Below, piece after piece: positions 22,301-34,264 of a DNA stretch of 38,645 bases. The stretch covers positions 133,995 through 172,639 of the forward strand of contig PS015041.1 of the NCBI GenBank assembly GCA_048213135.1, given 5' to 3'. The DNA comes from Reclinomonas americana ATCC 50394 (Eukaryota). The translations under genes and the position numbers were made by a program. The notes beneath the pieces were generated by a model. That model was not told the origin of the DNA and made no database searches. It worked only from the letters and a program-made list of their open reading frames with translations. Positions within the stretch are counted from its first letter, which is position 1; each line of letters begins with the position of its first letter.

Positions 22301-22563
22301 GTGGTGGTCCTCTGCCAGACCACTCGCATCGATCAGTCGCTGTTCAATGACACGTACCGTGACGAACTGGGCCGCCTGCAAGCGGAGGAGGAAGCGTGCG
22401 TTGATCTGCCGAGATTGATGTTCCTTCTCTCTTCGGCATTCTCATTGTTTCCCCTCTGCGCAGTGACACCATTGTTGGGTCGGCAGCACCAAAAATCGAC
22501 CCGAACCCCAAGGGCGGCAAGAAGGGTGCACCCGCTGGTGGAAAGAAGGGTCCCAAAAAGTGA
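12773..22563 (+). CDS. CCDC180: Coiled-coil domain-containing protein 180 / FAP76-like ciliary protein (DUF4455 + DUF4456), ~27 exons, interrupted by gaps and one inverted contig
   Basis: Segments match recalled CCDC180 motifs in the expected order: MFEAQSALARSL; KALPKELP...LLDRLKEKR; LEKRLRMHAPRP...LASHRARLQRH; NAELVKPSMADP...LHNAEESR; SVIRGRDFVFRRFL...EQQVWLRGW. The protein ends ...GGKKGPKK* at 22561-22563. Exons chain through in-phase GT-AG introns. Confidence 0.85.
12878..13340. repeat. GA/GGGA/GCAG/GACG microsatellite block followed, after a 20-N gap, by a CT block (CCDC180 intron 1)
   Basis: Simple repeats are directly visible on both sides of the gap at 13180-13199. Confidence 0.9.
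13355..13640. repeat. ~185-bp direct duplication in CCDC180 intron 1
   Basis: GCGTCGGTTTCGATGCATT and TCTTCTGCTTGTCCTTCTCCCTCTCC each occur twice, about 180-185 bp apart. Confidence 0.8.
15333..15410. repeat. 26-bp intronic minisatellite (CCCCCTTCCGTCTCCCCACTCCATCT, 3 copies) next to an N-gap
   Basis: Three near-identical units lie immediately before gap 15436-16005. Confidence 0.85.
20447..21023 (-). other. Inverted contig carrying three CCDC180 exon segments
   Basis: The minus strand encodes LIADGTLMLTKLPSVVF...QKAK|...NRNAELVKPSMADP...LQFM|REFRTSAV...ILAEH. The block is bounded by N-gaps 20182-20446 and 21024-21774. Confidence 0.9.
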
Positions 22564-22573
22564 ATTGTTTGTG

Positions 22574-25438
22574 CTATATTTTTTTCAGTTCACTGTCTCT
22601 CCTGCTTCTTCCAGCCGCCACTGCCACGTGCACGTAACGCGTGGTGTGCCGGCTCCATTTACCAGTGTGCTGTAGTCGACCTGTGTGCATAATGATGACT
22701 GTCAGCCCATCGGAGCTGCCATTGACATTGATTTGCGAGAAACGACAAGCCTGCGCAGCAGATCGGTGACCGCAGTCAAGTGCCACTCGCACCGGCAGCG
22801 TGATCGAGCACGGATCTGCGCCTGGAAACTGGTACGTGACGTGCACTCCGTCGACAGTGACGCCGCAATCCAGTGTGCTCGACAACGTGCACAGAAGCTG
22901 CAAGATGACGTGAGACTTCAGTGCGTGACGAAATCTTGTGGCCGCACACACCTGCCAGCGACGGTGCGACGGTGCGGCTGCCTCATCGACGGGGGCAACC
23001 AGCGCACCAGAGGAAGCACCACTCTCCCACTCGCCCACTTGCACTGTGCTCACCAGCGCCGAGTTCGCACTCGAGCCCTGCATGCACCACAGCAGGCGTC
23101 AGTGTCGCGCAACGAAAGAAAATGAGGAGTGAAAGACACACCTCCAGCAGCACCACGCGGCTTTGCGTCGCCATTCGCGGACTCGGTATGAGTGGTGGCG
23201 GTGGCGGTGGCGGCGGCGACCGGGCCATGGGTTGTGGTGGGCCTTCACAGACAGTGGCTTCGCACACGGAGACCAATTCGCCCACACGTCGACGCTTGGA
23301 CTCCGGCGGTTCCATGTCCGCGTCAACTGGTTGCGCAGGGCGCACTCTGATAGGTGGTGAGGCAGGTTGTAAAAGTGCTTTGGAAGGCAGCGGTCCTCAC
23401 CTTCGCCGAGAGCTGCCGGCAAACACGCCCTCCGGTGCCACATTCTCACTGCATTCAGCCTCCATCTCCTCCACCCTCTCAGAATCCCAGGGCGACACTG
23501 GCGGTTGCTCCACAGCGTCACCACTGCCAGAGACAGACGACAAGTCAGCGTTAATTGACCATTTCCGTTGCCGCTCGACGCACGCAACTCCATGCACACG
23601 GCGCCACACGCGTCTAACTGCACCGTCAGTAGCACAACGGCCACGTCGAGAGGCAACATGGCCACGTCGATCTCCAGCGCCTCGGTGACCGGGTTGGGGC
23701 GAAAGACGCGGTCCAGATGCGACGCACACAACTGGGAGAACTGGTGGAGCTGCAGCGGTGCACCAGCAAACAGTCAGCAGCAAGTCACAAAGGATATGAA
23801 GCACGACGAGTCGCCAACCATGGGAATGCACAGCCGCCGATCCCACTGGCGCAGCGAGACAAGCACCCGCTCGACTGCATGCGCATCCTCGCAGCGATGC
23901 ACGAGATCTGTGCCACGCACTGGTGAGAAAAGACGTGGGGGCGTGAGTGAGAGAACCCAAGCCTCTGACAAACCGAGAAAGCCACCGTTGCCCACAAGTG
24001 TTCCGAGAACGAGCAGAAAGCCTCGTTCCACTGCACTTGCTCTCCTGCGTGACACGTATGAGTTTCAAAGAGCACACAATTCTCACCCGCCCAGCCTGCG
24101 CAACTTGCGACCCGGAAACCGCGGCACGCTGGAAGTGGGAGAAAAGTAACCCTGCTGCTCGGCGAATGCCGCCAGCCTCGGCATGTTGTCGCGGATCTGC
24201 ACGATGGAGAGCGGTCAACCATAGAGCACAGCCCATGAACATCTTTCCTAACATGCACACCTGCGGCCATGCGGCGGCCGCCAGTCTGGTCAAGTGCGCA
24301 TGCAACTCGGATGAGACGGCACGCAATACTTGAGCATCGGGTGGCGGCAGACCAGCCGCGTCCGCGACTGCACTCTTCGGTGATCGCACGGTGCCGGGTG
24401 GATACACAACGCCCTCCAGGAAGCTGGCGATGCACACCGACGTCGGCACAGCCATTGACGAGGCACCATCGAGAGCACGCAGCAGTCTGCGCACAAGTCA
24501 GATGACCCAAAAACACCCACGAGAAAAACGGCGGAGGGCAGGAGAACGCACGCATTGTGCAGGTGCTTGTCCAGGCGCTTGACTGCCGTCGCCAAAGTGG
24601 GGCCTTTTGTTCGCAACAAGTGAGGGAGGTAAAACAAACACAGAGAGAGGACAGCGTGCTTCCGCAGACCTGAGCGATTCGCCACGGCCAACAGTCGCTC
24701 GAACAGCTGATGCTGCAGCAAGCCGAGAAACGCACACAGCACGAGGGCCTGATGGACCGTGTTCCTCGTATACACCACCGAGTCTTGCAGCTTGGAGGGT
24801 CGCCGCAAATGTGCTGCACTCTTCTCCTGACGCAGGCGGCGCGAGTGGCGTTGCCCGCTGCGCCGATTGGTGGCCAGTCCGAGTGCACCACGCGACCGAA
24901 CCACAGCCTCCGAGAACGCCTCCTCCGCCATGTCGCGCAACACCGATGTTGCGCCATCCAGCGACTCACAGCGCACCCAAATCTCCTCAATCGTCAGCGG
25001 CAACAGTCGCCGGCTCTGCGCCGGCTTGGACAGCAGCTGAAAATTGGCTCCCTCGCGCAACCTGCAACCCATGACGCTTGTGAGAAACAACAATTGCTCC
25101 TTATGAACACGCGCACGTACCCTCGCCCTCGCTCCGCCACCTCGTCGATCCGACTCGCCGCCTCCTCGCACCGACGCTGCGGACAAATATTTCCGAACAC
25201 GAAGTGATGAGTCACGATTTCCCGCAATTGCCCACTTGAACCTCACACAAAAGTGCCCTCCCCCTCTCTCTCTCTCTCTCACTCACACACACATACTCAC
25301 CAAGTCGGCCACCAACGACATGAACAGTGTCTTGTCACAGGGAAAGGCATTGGAGTCGCACACTTCTTGCAGTGACCACTCGGAAAAGCATGAGCGCGCA
25401 AAGGCAAGCAGCGCAGAGTGCTCCGAAGCAGCACTCAT
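22574..25438 (-). CDS. Multi-exon hypothetical protein
   Basis: Exon 1 reads MSAASEHSALLAFARSCFSEW...SLVADL|GTGAGT from ATG 25438. Coding-like segments follow in ORFs 24290-25282, 23397-24494, 23774-24055, 23099-23731, 22983-23345 and 22574-23083, separated by short introns. No family was recognised and the 3' end is uncertain. Confidence 0.55.
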
Positions 25439-25562
25439 TCAGGGAGACAGAGACACAGACACAGACACACAGACGCACACACAAAGAGTGAATGCACACA
25501 CACACCACTGCTCTGTCTCCTCTCCACACGATGCAATGAGAAAAATGAACCAACCGAGTCGT

Positions 25563-28500
25563 TCATGAAGAATGAGAGGACACGGCAGAGGACAGGCTCT
25601 CGGCTAAGCTGCGAACTGCACGCGACTCGTCGGCTTGTGCTAGCGATTGCAGTGTGCGCTGGGTGCGCTCTACTAGTGCCGGTGCGCGTTCCAGAGCATT
25701 GACGCACGTGCCAATGATGCTGCCGATGAGTTTTATGGCAGCTAGGCGGACCTGGAAATAGGAAAAGGTGAGTGGATGGCGTGTGCGAAGTGGGACAATG
25801 CAGGTGATGCTTGCCTCTGCTTGCGAGTCTTGTGTGCAGTCGACGGCGACGGTGAGAAGGGCGACAGCGGAGGCGTACGCGCTCTCCTTGACGCGCATGA
25901 TAAAGTGGAAGAGGGTCTGCACGAGAGGCGCAGAGTGAGACGCCACACAGAGACACGAGCGGGGTTAAGCCACGCAACGTTCAGTGCAGCGATGCGGAGT
26001 GGCACCGCTGTGTGTGCGTTTGCGCTCAGATCGACAAGCGTCGAGTGCAGGCGAGAGAAGAGTTTCAGTGCCGTGGCGAGGGACACGCGCGGGAGCAGTG
26101 CGGCGACCACTGGCAAGGCATACGATGACCACGGCGAGCTTGCCGACGTCGTGATGGAGGAGAGCAGTTCCTCCAGTAGCCACGATGAGGAGGATGCCGA
26201 TTGTGTGGGCACAGGGGTCTCGATTTCTGCAGCGCGAGAGTCTCAGGCGGGAAGGAAATAAAGGAAATATGTCGTGAAAAAGAACCTTCGATAACCGGGC
26301 GACGGCTCTCCTCCTCCCTCGGCGGCGGCGGCTCCACGACGACTGGATTCTTGAGGCTATCCAACTGGACAGCGGCAACCAACGACAGGCAGTCAATGGC
26401 ACCACGATGCAGATTCTCCACTTGCTCGCCTGCACAAGAGCGGGTGTTGGTCGAAGTGGCGCAGCAAAGGCACAAAAGTGCACATTATATCTTCTCGCAA
26501 CTGACACGCGGGAGGTCGAGCAGGCGGATCAGTGCATGCACGAGTCGACGCTGTGCAGTGGTCTCCTGCTCGCCTCCTTCTCCACATAGCGACTGATGAT
26601 AGTTGAGCTTGCAACACGCCACATACAGGTGCAACTTGACGAGTTCCAGATCGGATTCAGCGCTCGTCTCCTTTGTGTGTCATGCAAGGTGAGGACAAGA
26701 GAAGTATCGAGTCGCGAAACTTGTTGGGTTCACGCACCTCGATGAATTGCAAGACCTGATCGAGCACCAAGGCAGCTGGCAATCGGGCGAGACCCTCAGC
26801 AACCAGCTTCCGCACCTCGCGACCCTCGAGGATGTTGTGCATGCGCTCACGCAGACGCGCTGTACACCAGTTTAATGAGCAAGAGCACAGGCATTCAAGG
26901 TCCACGCACTTACCAGCAAGTCGCACAAGATCTTCCTCACACTGTGCCGCGAGCAGCGGGTCACACAGGGCGCTCACTGGCAACGACCGCAACACCAGCA
27001 ACGGACTGAGCCGAGCAAACGTGAACACACGATGAAAGTCGTCCTCGTCAAGAGCTCGGAGCGTCGCCACATAGGATTCGGTCACACTGCACACACTACG
27101 TCGTCAGACAGCGACGCAGTACTTCCCTTCCCCCATCTCCCAACCCCACGCACGGTTTCTCGCGCGCCATGTGGCCGACCAAGAGGGGGAGAACGTGCGG
27201 CAATGTGCGTGGGAACAGATGCGACGAGGCACTTGACAGGAAGGAGACGGCGGCGGGGTGGTTCGGGCGCGACAGAATCACTCGACACGTCTCCACCGCC
27301 ACCGCGTCCAGTGTCGCAGGATCCATCTGCACCACACTAGTCAGCCAAGGCGGCGGAGAAGGAAACGTGCCACAAGCTCATGAAGCGTGCCTTGCCAATC
27401 CACTGATCCGTGAGACGCACTACGCGCTCCAACAGTCGCTGCGACGGTGTGACTTCGGCAGCCACACTCGTTGCCGCCGACGGAGTCTTGCCAATCTGCG
27501 CTGGTGAGCGAGGTGCCTCCGTTCCACTGGAGACAGTGGAGACGGAGGCATCGGCGCTGTCAAGTAGGAATGAGTGACCCCGCAGCGACACAAAGGCAGT
27601 CCACAGAGCTGGATACCAACCTCAACACCTCCAGCAGTGTGCTGATCGCCTGATCCGTGTACGGATTGCTCGACATGATCGCCACAAACGCTCGCTCGGC
27701 CGCCGCACGTGTTCGCTCATCGCGCGCCGTGAGAGCGCGCGTCACTGGTGGCAGACTGCGTTCGGGTTCTACGGCACCGCAAAGAGGAAGGTGTGAGCTC
27801 CTGGAGGCACACACGCTTCTCTCGTCAACGATGATGATGGTCCACTCACCAACCACGGAAAACACCCGCGACGTGGCGGTGCGCGACGACAGGTCCTCGT
27901 CGCTCAGCCGGCGAATGAGTAGGTCACACAAGCGATTGCTGTGCGGCGGCAGAGTGAGGGGAGACGCGTGAGGAAGCGAGGGGGGAGAGTCCTTGCAATC
28001 AAACCTCAGCTCTGCATCGCCCTGCAGCACGTGCACGTTGAGGTCACACAGCCGTTCCACGACCGACAACGCGTTGCGGCGGACTTGCGGCTTGTCAGAG
28101 TCCAGGCGGGCAAACACCGCCGGCAGCACCAGGTCCTTGTCTCTGCGTGCGGCGAGTGAGACCAAGGCTGTGCATGAAAAAAGGCAACATGGCTGGCCAC
28201 GAAACAGGACGGCATACTCGGCGAGGAACACGGACGCCATGCGCGACGCCTTGTCCTTCTCATCCAGCGTCTCCAGCAACTGCTGTACCATGAACTCGCG
28301 TGCTGCGCGATCAAACGACGGCAGCGCGGCGTGCAGCAATTGCGAGGCCACATCCACCACTGCGTCGTTGCCGTGTGTCATCTAATGGGCGCGACGGGTG
28401 AGTGCATGGTGAACATCGACTGGCACACGACGTGCACACACCAAGCCAGGCAGCAGCTGCAGTAGAGCCTGTTGCATCTGACCATCCTCTTGCAGCATGG

Positions 28501-30150
28501 CAGTCGCCGTGGCCTGTCCGACAGCACCCAACACCAGGCAGACGCACGTGAGCAGGCACACAATTTCCTCTTGAATGCCGGCCGATGAGTCTTCCGACTC
28601 GCCCTCGATATCGTCCTCGAGTCGCGCCTGCCTCCGACAACGAAGCATGAGAGAGAGAAGGCAATGCACGAACTTTGACCCGCCACGCAACAGACACTGA
28701 CACAATCAACGAGCCCACGTACTCGCGACTCGTGCCACGCAGCGGTCGCACCGACGCCGCATTCTCCACCAAGCACAAGCTAAACAGACGCATGCGGGAC
28801 GCAAACCACTGCTGCGCCTCCTCCACGGCTGCACAAGTGTGAGGACGCCACCAATAAGCACAAACTCTCTTCCTTCTCTTTCCCCCCAACGCACCAGCCT
28901 GCCACTCGTGACGATTGTCGCGCTCCGCCAGGCCATCCGCCTCCGCCCTTTGCTGCAACCGCACCACCGTATCACACGACTCCACCACGCCCTGCAAGCC
29001 GCGGAGAAACAATGGTCGCGATCGACGATACCACTGCACCACAAAAACANNNNNNNNNNNNNNNNNNNNNNNNNNNNNNNNNNNNNNNNNNNNNNNNNNN
29101 NNNNNNNNNNNNNNNNNNNNNNNNNNNNNNNNNNNNNNNNNNNNNNNNNNNNNNNNNNNNNNNNNNNNNNNNNNNNNNNNNNNNNNNNNNNNNNNNNNNN
29201 NNNNNNNNTCAGCCACCAGCGAGCTCACCAACACGGCCTCTGCACGCAACCTCCTGCAGCACGCCGAGTGCCGCACGCAGCGACGACGCCCACTGCCACA
29301 CACGCGACGCAGCAGCAGCATCACACGACGCCGCATACACCATCCACCACACAGCATCCAGTGCCTCCACCGACACTCGCGTCGGCTGTCGCTCAGCCGA
29401 CACAAGCACACTGTTGCGTCAACACAGTATGACCAACCACAGCAACTCGAAAAAAGAACACGATCAACTGCATGGAAGTACCTGTGTCGTGTCGCACAGT
29501 GGACGAGCGATGGCACCAGTGACATGAACTCAGTCAGCACACTCTGCACTGCTGCTGCCACTGGTGCAGTCTCCTCCCCTTGTTGATGATGGAGGCACAC
29601 TAGTCGCGCACACTCGCCCGCAGTCAACGCAAACACCATGCATGCACGAGTGTTGTCCACAGAAGACGAGGTGAGCACTGATTGCATGGTCGATTGCATC
29701 CAACAACACTGACTGCGGTTGCTCAGTTGTGTCACATGAGGGCCTTCTTTGATTGTGAGAGTGTGAGACAGAGAGAGGCACCAACCTGTCTCCACTGACA
29801 GAGGACAGCATGTGATCGAGTGCCTGCAGGGCTCTCACCAGCAACAGTCGTCGCACTCGTTTCGATTCTCGGAGGAACTGAGAGAGACAAGTGAGAGTCT
29901 CTTTCTTTCACAGTCAGTGAGCTTATTGCTCACCTTCTCACACATTAACAGCAACAGGCGATGCCATGTGTCGCCTTCACTGCGAGCTGCAGCCCAGACG
30001 GCCTCCAGTAAGCTCGGAACTTGACTCTCTGTGTGTGTGTGAGTGAGTGAGTGAGTGTGTGTAAGAGAGAGAAAGAGAGAGTGTGTGTGTGATAGCACAC
30101 AGGCCTCTCTTGCTTCCAGTGACGAGCAACTGTTGCAGCGCGTCTTCCAT
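25563..30150 (-). CDS. ARM/HEAT-repeat protein resembling the uncharacterised Arabidopsis At3g57570 family
   Basis: Ordered motifs LLIRRLSDEDLSSR; FARLSPLLVLRSLP; EVRKLVAEGLARL; HRGAIDCLSLV; TLFHFIMRVK...VRLAAIKLIGS...LQSLAQADESRAVRSLA match my recollection of that family. The probable start is MEDALQQLL (30150) and the stop is at 25563. The gene spans gap 29050-29208. Confidence 0.7.
25752..25814 (-). other. Probable GC-AG intron (63 nt)
   Basis: The junction reads GAG|GCAAGC...CTCAC...TTTCCAG|GTC. Removing it gives SQAE-VRLAAIKL, a continuous HEAT helix, and no GT donor is available in phase near the boundary. Confidence 0.6.
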
Positions 30151-30206
30151 GTTTGTTTAGACTGATTGCAAGAGTGGGACTTGTCCTTCGTTCTTCTTTA
30201 AGTTCA

Positions 30207-33200
30207 TTACTCGTCGACGACGATCTGGATGTTGACCGACTTGCGTTCGCTCTTCTTCGGGTACATGGCCCTGTGCTCGTCGACCCACGCGGACGGTCGG
30301 TAGACCCGGTCACTCGCGTGCGACATGAGCTGCACAAACATCTCCCACGAGTGCTTGACGGTTTCGCCAAACTGCGGGTGCGAGGCCAGCACGCTGAGGA
30401 CGACGTTGAGGTTCTGCGGGTCGATCACCACCAGGTGGTCGCGCAGCTCGCGGCGAATGGTCACGTCGGCCGAGCTCACCAGCAACGTCGCCACTTGGCG
30501 GCACGTGAAGCGGTGCCGCTCGAGGGCCTTGCTGATCTGCTGTTGGGCGTTGCGGGGAGCGCTGGCGCGCAGTGCACGTGCGATGCCCTCGGGCGTCACG
30601 TCGGTGGTGTGTGCGTTGAGGAGGTGCTGGGCGTGCACGCTGACGGCGCTGGAGAAGCGCTGGAAGGTGAGCGGGTGCATCGGGGCCACGCCGCGGTCTT
30701 CCATCTCGTGCCACACGGCCGCGTGCAGCTCCGTGGGAACCACCATGAGCACCTGTGAGAGAGGGAGGGAGGGGAAGGGGGGAAGTGGAAGGCAATAAGC
30801 AAGATGATCTTCCTCATCTTCCTCAGAAACTCACAGCTTCCTCCTCTCGGCTTTGCTCTCGCTCCTCTCTCTCTCATCTTCTTCTCCTTCTCTGCCCCAC
30901 TCACCCGCGACAGGTTCTCCGGGTCAGCCACACGGGCGCCAAAGAAGCGAGCGGCGGCGAGAACGGACTCGCGCAAGGCCGGGGTGACACCGTTGTCTTC
31001 GCCGTCATCTTCGTCCCACGGCAGGCGTGCGGGTGAGCCGTCGGGCGACGGCACATTGTCTGGCGAAGTGGCGGGTGACGGTGTTGGCGAGCGTGCCATC
31101 TGCAACTCGGCCGGAGTGGTCTCCTGCAACACGCCCTCTACCGCCATCCGCACGCCCACAGGCTCCTGCTGGAAGCGTACAATGCGATTGGCAGACGTGC
31201 CCGAGCGCTGCGAAGATGGTCCGTTCGAGTTGAGCCTGGGCAGCGCACCGCGCTCCGGCACCTTGACCACGAAATCGCGCGGTGTGGCCATGGTGGCCGT
31301 GGCCGCCGTGTACAGCTGATCCTCCCCGTCTTCGTCGCTGCCGGCGAGACCGAAATCGTCCTCTTCCTCTTCCTCTTCTTCCTTCTTCTTCTTCTCCTCC
31401 TTCTTCTCCTCCTCCTCCGTCGTCGACGTCGTTTGCGCTGGTGGTGGCGGCTGTTGCTCGTCCTCCTGGTCGGGGAACGGCAACTTCTCCTGCACCATCG
31501 GCGACTGCATTTCGCTCGTCGTGCCGGCCAGTGAGGCGGAAGCGGAAGCGTCCGAGCCGATCGGCGCAAACAAATATGCGGCGGCGGCGGCCGCGGCGGC
31601 CTGCAAATCCTCAATGGGCGGCAACGGAGGGCGGGACGGCGGTGCCGCGGCTTGCGGTGCTGGCACACTGACATCAACCGACGGCAGCGGCTCCGGCTGC
31701 ACCGCCGGCGTGAACATCATGTCGGACTCGGCCGGCGCGTCGGTAAAGGCGTTGCTGGAGGTCACCGAGCTCCGTCCATCACCGGCCTCCAGGGCCTCGG
31801 TAAACACACTGCTCGACGCGGCCGAACTCCGCCCGTCGCCGCCTCGCGCCTCCGTCTCGCTCATTGGCGAGCCGAGCTCCACTGCCGAGCCAAACTCCGA
31901 CACTTGCACCTCTTCCACTGCCTCGCTGGAGGCCGGCCGGTTCTCGTTGTCCATCACAATCCTTCTCGACGCTGATTCCACCACCGGCGCGGCCGCTGTT
32001 GCTGCTGCTGCTGCTGCTGTGGCATCGGCCTCTGGTTGCGCCGCCGGGATGGCGAGGAGAGGCACGGATGGAGGCGGTGGCGGCGGGCGAGGTCGTGTGG
32101 CGATGGAAGCGTGTGCCGAGTGCGGCGGGGGAGCAATAACAGCCTCCGCCGCCGCCTTCTCCTCCCCCGCCTTCGCTCCCGCTGGCGGGCCCCAATCTTC
32201 TCCCTCGGCACCCTCGTCCATGTCCAGGTGAACATCATACAAATCGACATCGGCATCTTCGCACGACTCAAAGTCCTCGGCCAGACTTCCCGTGAGGCTA
32301 TTGCCGCCGCCGCCACCCCTCGCAGCGGCAGCCTCGGCCACCACACCCGCCACCCGCGCATTCACGACAGCAGGCTCCACGGGCTCCGCCAACACACGTC
32401 GCAAGATCCAACACAAATCATCCGCGCTGATGAACTTCTCCTGCAACACACGCATGGTGGTGGCCACACGCTTGACCAGCGTCGCCGCCGGCCTCGGCGG
32501 CAACCGATTCAACACCGCCTCCAGCTCCTCATCGCCAATCATCGGCACGGGCGGCGGATGCTTGAACACCAACAGACACAGCGTCGCCTTGTGCCCATTC
32601 GCCGTCGACTGCATCCCTCCAATGACTGCTCCTCCGCCACTGCTATTGCTCATTGACGACGAGTTCGACATGAGCGACTGCGGAGACAATGGTCGCTGCT
32701 GCTGAGGAGGCGATGGAGCTCCCGCCAGCAACAGCTGCTTATGCAACACCTGTGCCATTTGTGGAGACATGGGCGACGATGCTCCTGCTCGTTGTGCCTG
32801 CACCATTGCTGCGAGCTCTTCTGCGTTCTCCACGACCATGCTGTGTCGTGAGCGCGTGGGCACCTGGAAGCCGAGGGCGGAGTCGTCGGCGAAGAAGGCA
32901 GAGGTGATGCTGCCTCGCGGGTTGCCTCCTCCTCCTGCTCCTCCATTGCCTGCTGCTTGTTGTTGGAGGTGTGCGTGAGCAGGCGAGGCTGCTCCCACAA
33001 AGGAGGCGCCTGTGAGGCCAGTGGGCGGAACGCGGTCGGCCTTGGTCGCCACTTGTCGAAGTCTGTCGTGACTCGACTGAGCAGAGAGAGAAGTGAGTGA
33101 GTGAGTGTGTGTGAAAGAGAGAGTGAGTGAGTGAGTGAGTGAGTGAGTGAGTGAGTGAGTGAGTGAGTGAGTGAGTGAGTGTGTGCGTGTGCGTGTGTGT

Positions 33201-33219
33201 GTGCGTGTGTGTGTGTGTG

Positions 33220-33253
<34 letters not shown>

Positions 33254-33322
33254 CAAGTGAATCATGCATGCATGCAGTGAGCATACCTCCACACAGCATG
33301 CTCGACAGCAACCTGCGCCCAT
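30207..33322 (-). CDS. 917-aa protein with an N-terminal MGxxCC acylation motif, long low-complexity regions and DUF4476-like domain(s); 3 exons
   Basis: Exons 33287-33322 (MGAGCCRACCVE), 30905-33076 and 30207-30752 are all phase 0 with GT-AG introns. KALERHRFTCRQVATLL...IDPQNLNVVLSVL and RVADPENLSRVL resemble the DUF4476 pattern F(S/T)CxQVxxLL...(I/V)DPEN. Confidence 0.75.
33093..33252. repeat. (GAGT)n and (GT)n microsatellites in intron 1 of the DUF4476-like gene
   Basis: Directly visible runs. Confidence 0.95.
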
Positions 33323-33825
33323 GTTGTGTCTGTCTCTCTCTCACACACACACTCAGTGGAGCACGTGGAAGGCTCTCCACACGTGTGTGCGTGCGGAAGA
33401 ATGCAGAAGTGGAGGTCGACTGCTGCTGTTGCTGCTGCAGTGTGTGTTGTTCCTCACGCACAGCAACAGTCACTGTGACGCGCTCACACGGATGAACACT
33501 CAAGAGTACACACACAAACACACACAGAGTGGAGACTCTCTTTCTATCTCTCTCACACTGTGGTTTGAATGATTGGCGGGAGACAGATATCGATCGTTTT
33601 TGTGCGCTGTTTCTTGTCGCATGAGACTGACTGGCGGCCACTCAGTGTGTGTAAGAGAGGAGGCGGAGGCATGCAGGTGTGCAGTGCGTCGAACGATGGG
33701 CGAGTGCGTGCACGTGCTGCAGGTGTGTTGTTGCATGCGCGGACATGTCCGGCTTCTTGGCCTCGAGTTCGCCCAGGGAGAGCGCCTGATGGTGCGCCAT
33801 CAATGTGAGTGCAGTATGCTGAAGG

Positions 33826-34116
33826 TTGCAAGCTCGAGTGCCTGATCGCGCGCCTGCAAACTGTTCCTTCATTCGAATTCGTGAATCTTTCTCGCGCGCA
33901 CGTGCGTCGAGCTCGCCGCAGCGAGCACATCGATCGCTGCATGCATGTGGCAAGCATACCGAGGCTGTGGAGATGCAGCGGCGTGTGGTGGCCGACAATG
34001 AGCGGATTCATGGAGTGCGCGACGAAGAAACCTTCGACAGTCGCATGATCTTGTTCATGCTCGACAAGTCTGGCCGGCGTGACGAGGCCGAGGAGGTACT
34101 CTCCGCAGTCACTTGA
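33826..34116 (+). CDS. Short kinesin-light-chain-type TPR fragment (small gene or remnant)
   Basis: SLHACGKHTEAVEMQRRVVADNERIHGVRDEETFDSRMILFMLDKSGRRDEAEEVL resembles the TPR_10/12 pattern (G...EA..+.R......R+.G.....T..S...L). The start is not resolved. Confidence 0.4.
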   Translation: MQARVPDRAPANCSFIRIRESFSRARASSSPQRAHRSLHACGKHTEAVEMQRRVVADNERIHGVRDEETFDSRMILFMLDKSGRRDEAEEVLSAVT

Positions 34117-34264
34117 CTTCTGCTGTCCGTGGGTATATGTTGATACACATCCTGTCTTGCAATTGTAAATGTCGTCGGAAACGAACACCAGTATTGATGG
34201 TCGAGTTGGCATCGACGTCCCCCCTCTCACATATTCTGCCTCTTGTCCATCTCGCACGCCAACC

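Noticed and set aside
14781-22418. Long ORFs of 400-500 aa containing X runs
   Set aside because: Their length is an artefact of reading through N-gaps.
22574-25438. Possible SHOC1/Zip2-like meiotic protein
   Set aside because: Only a faint resemblance in one helix and no recognisable XPF-like domain, so it is left as hypothetical.
30153-30758. 201-aa plus-strand ORF
   Set aside because: It is the antisense shadow of the last exon of the DUF4476-like gene.
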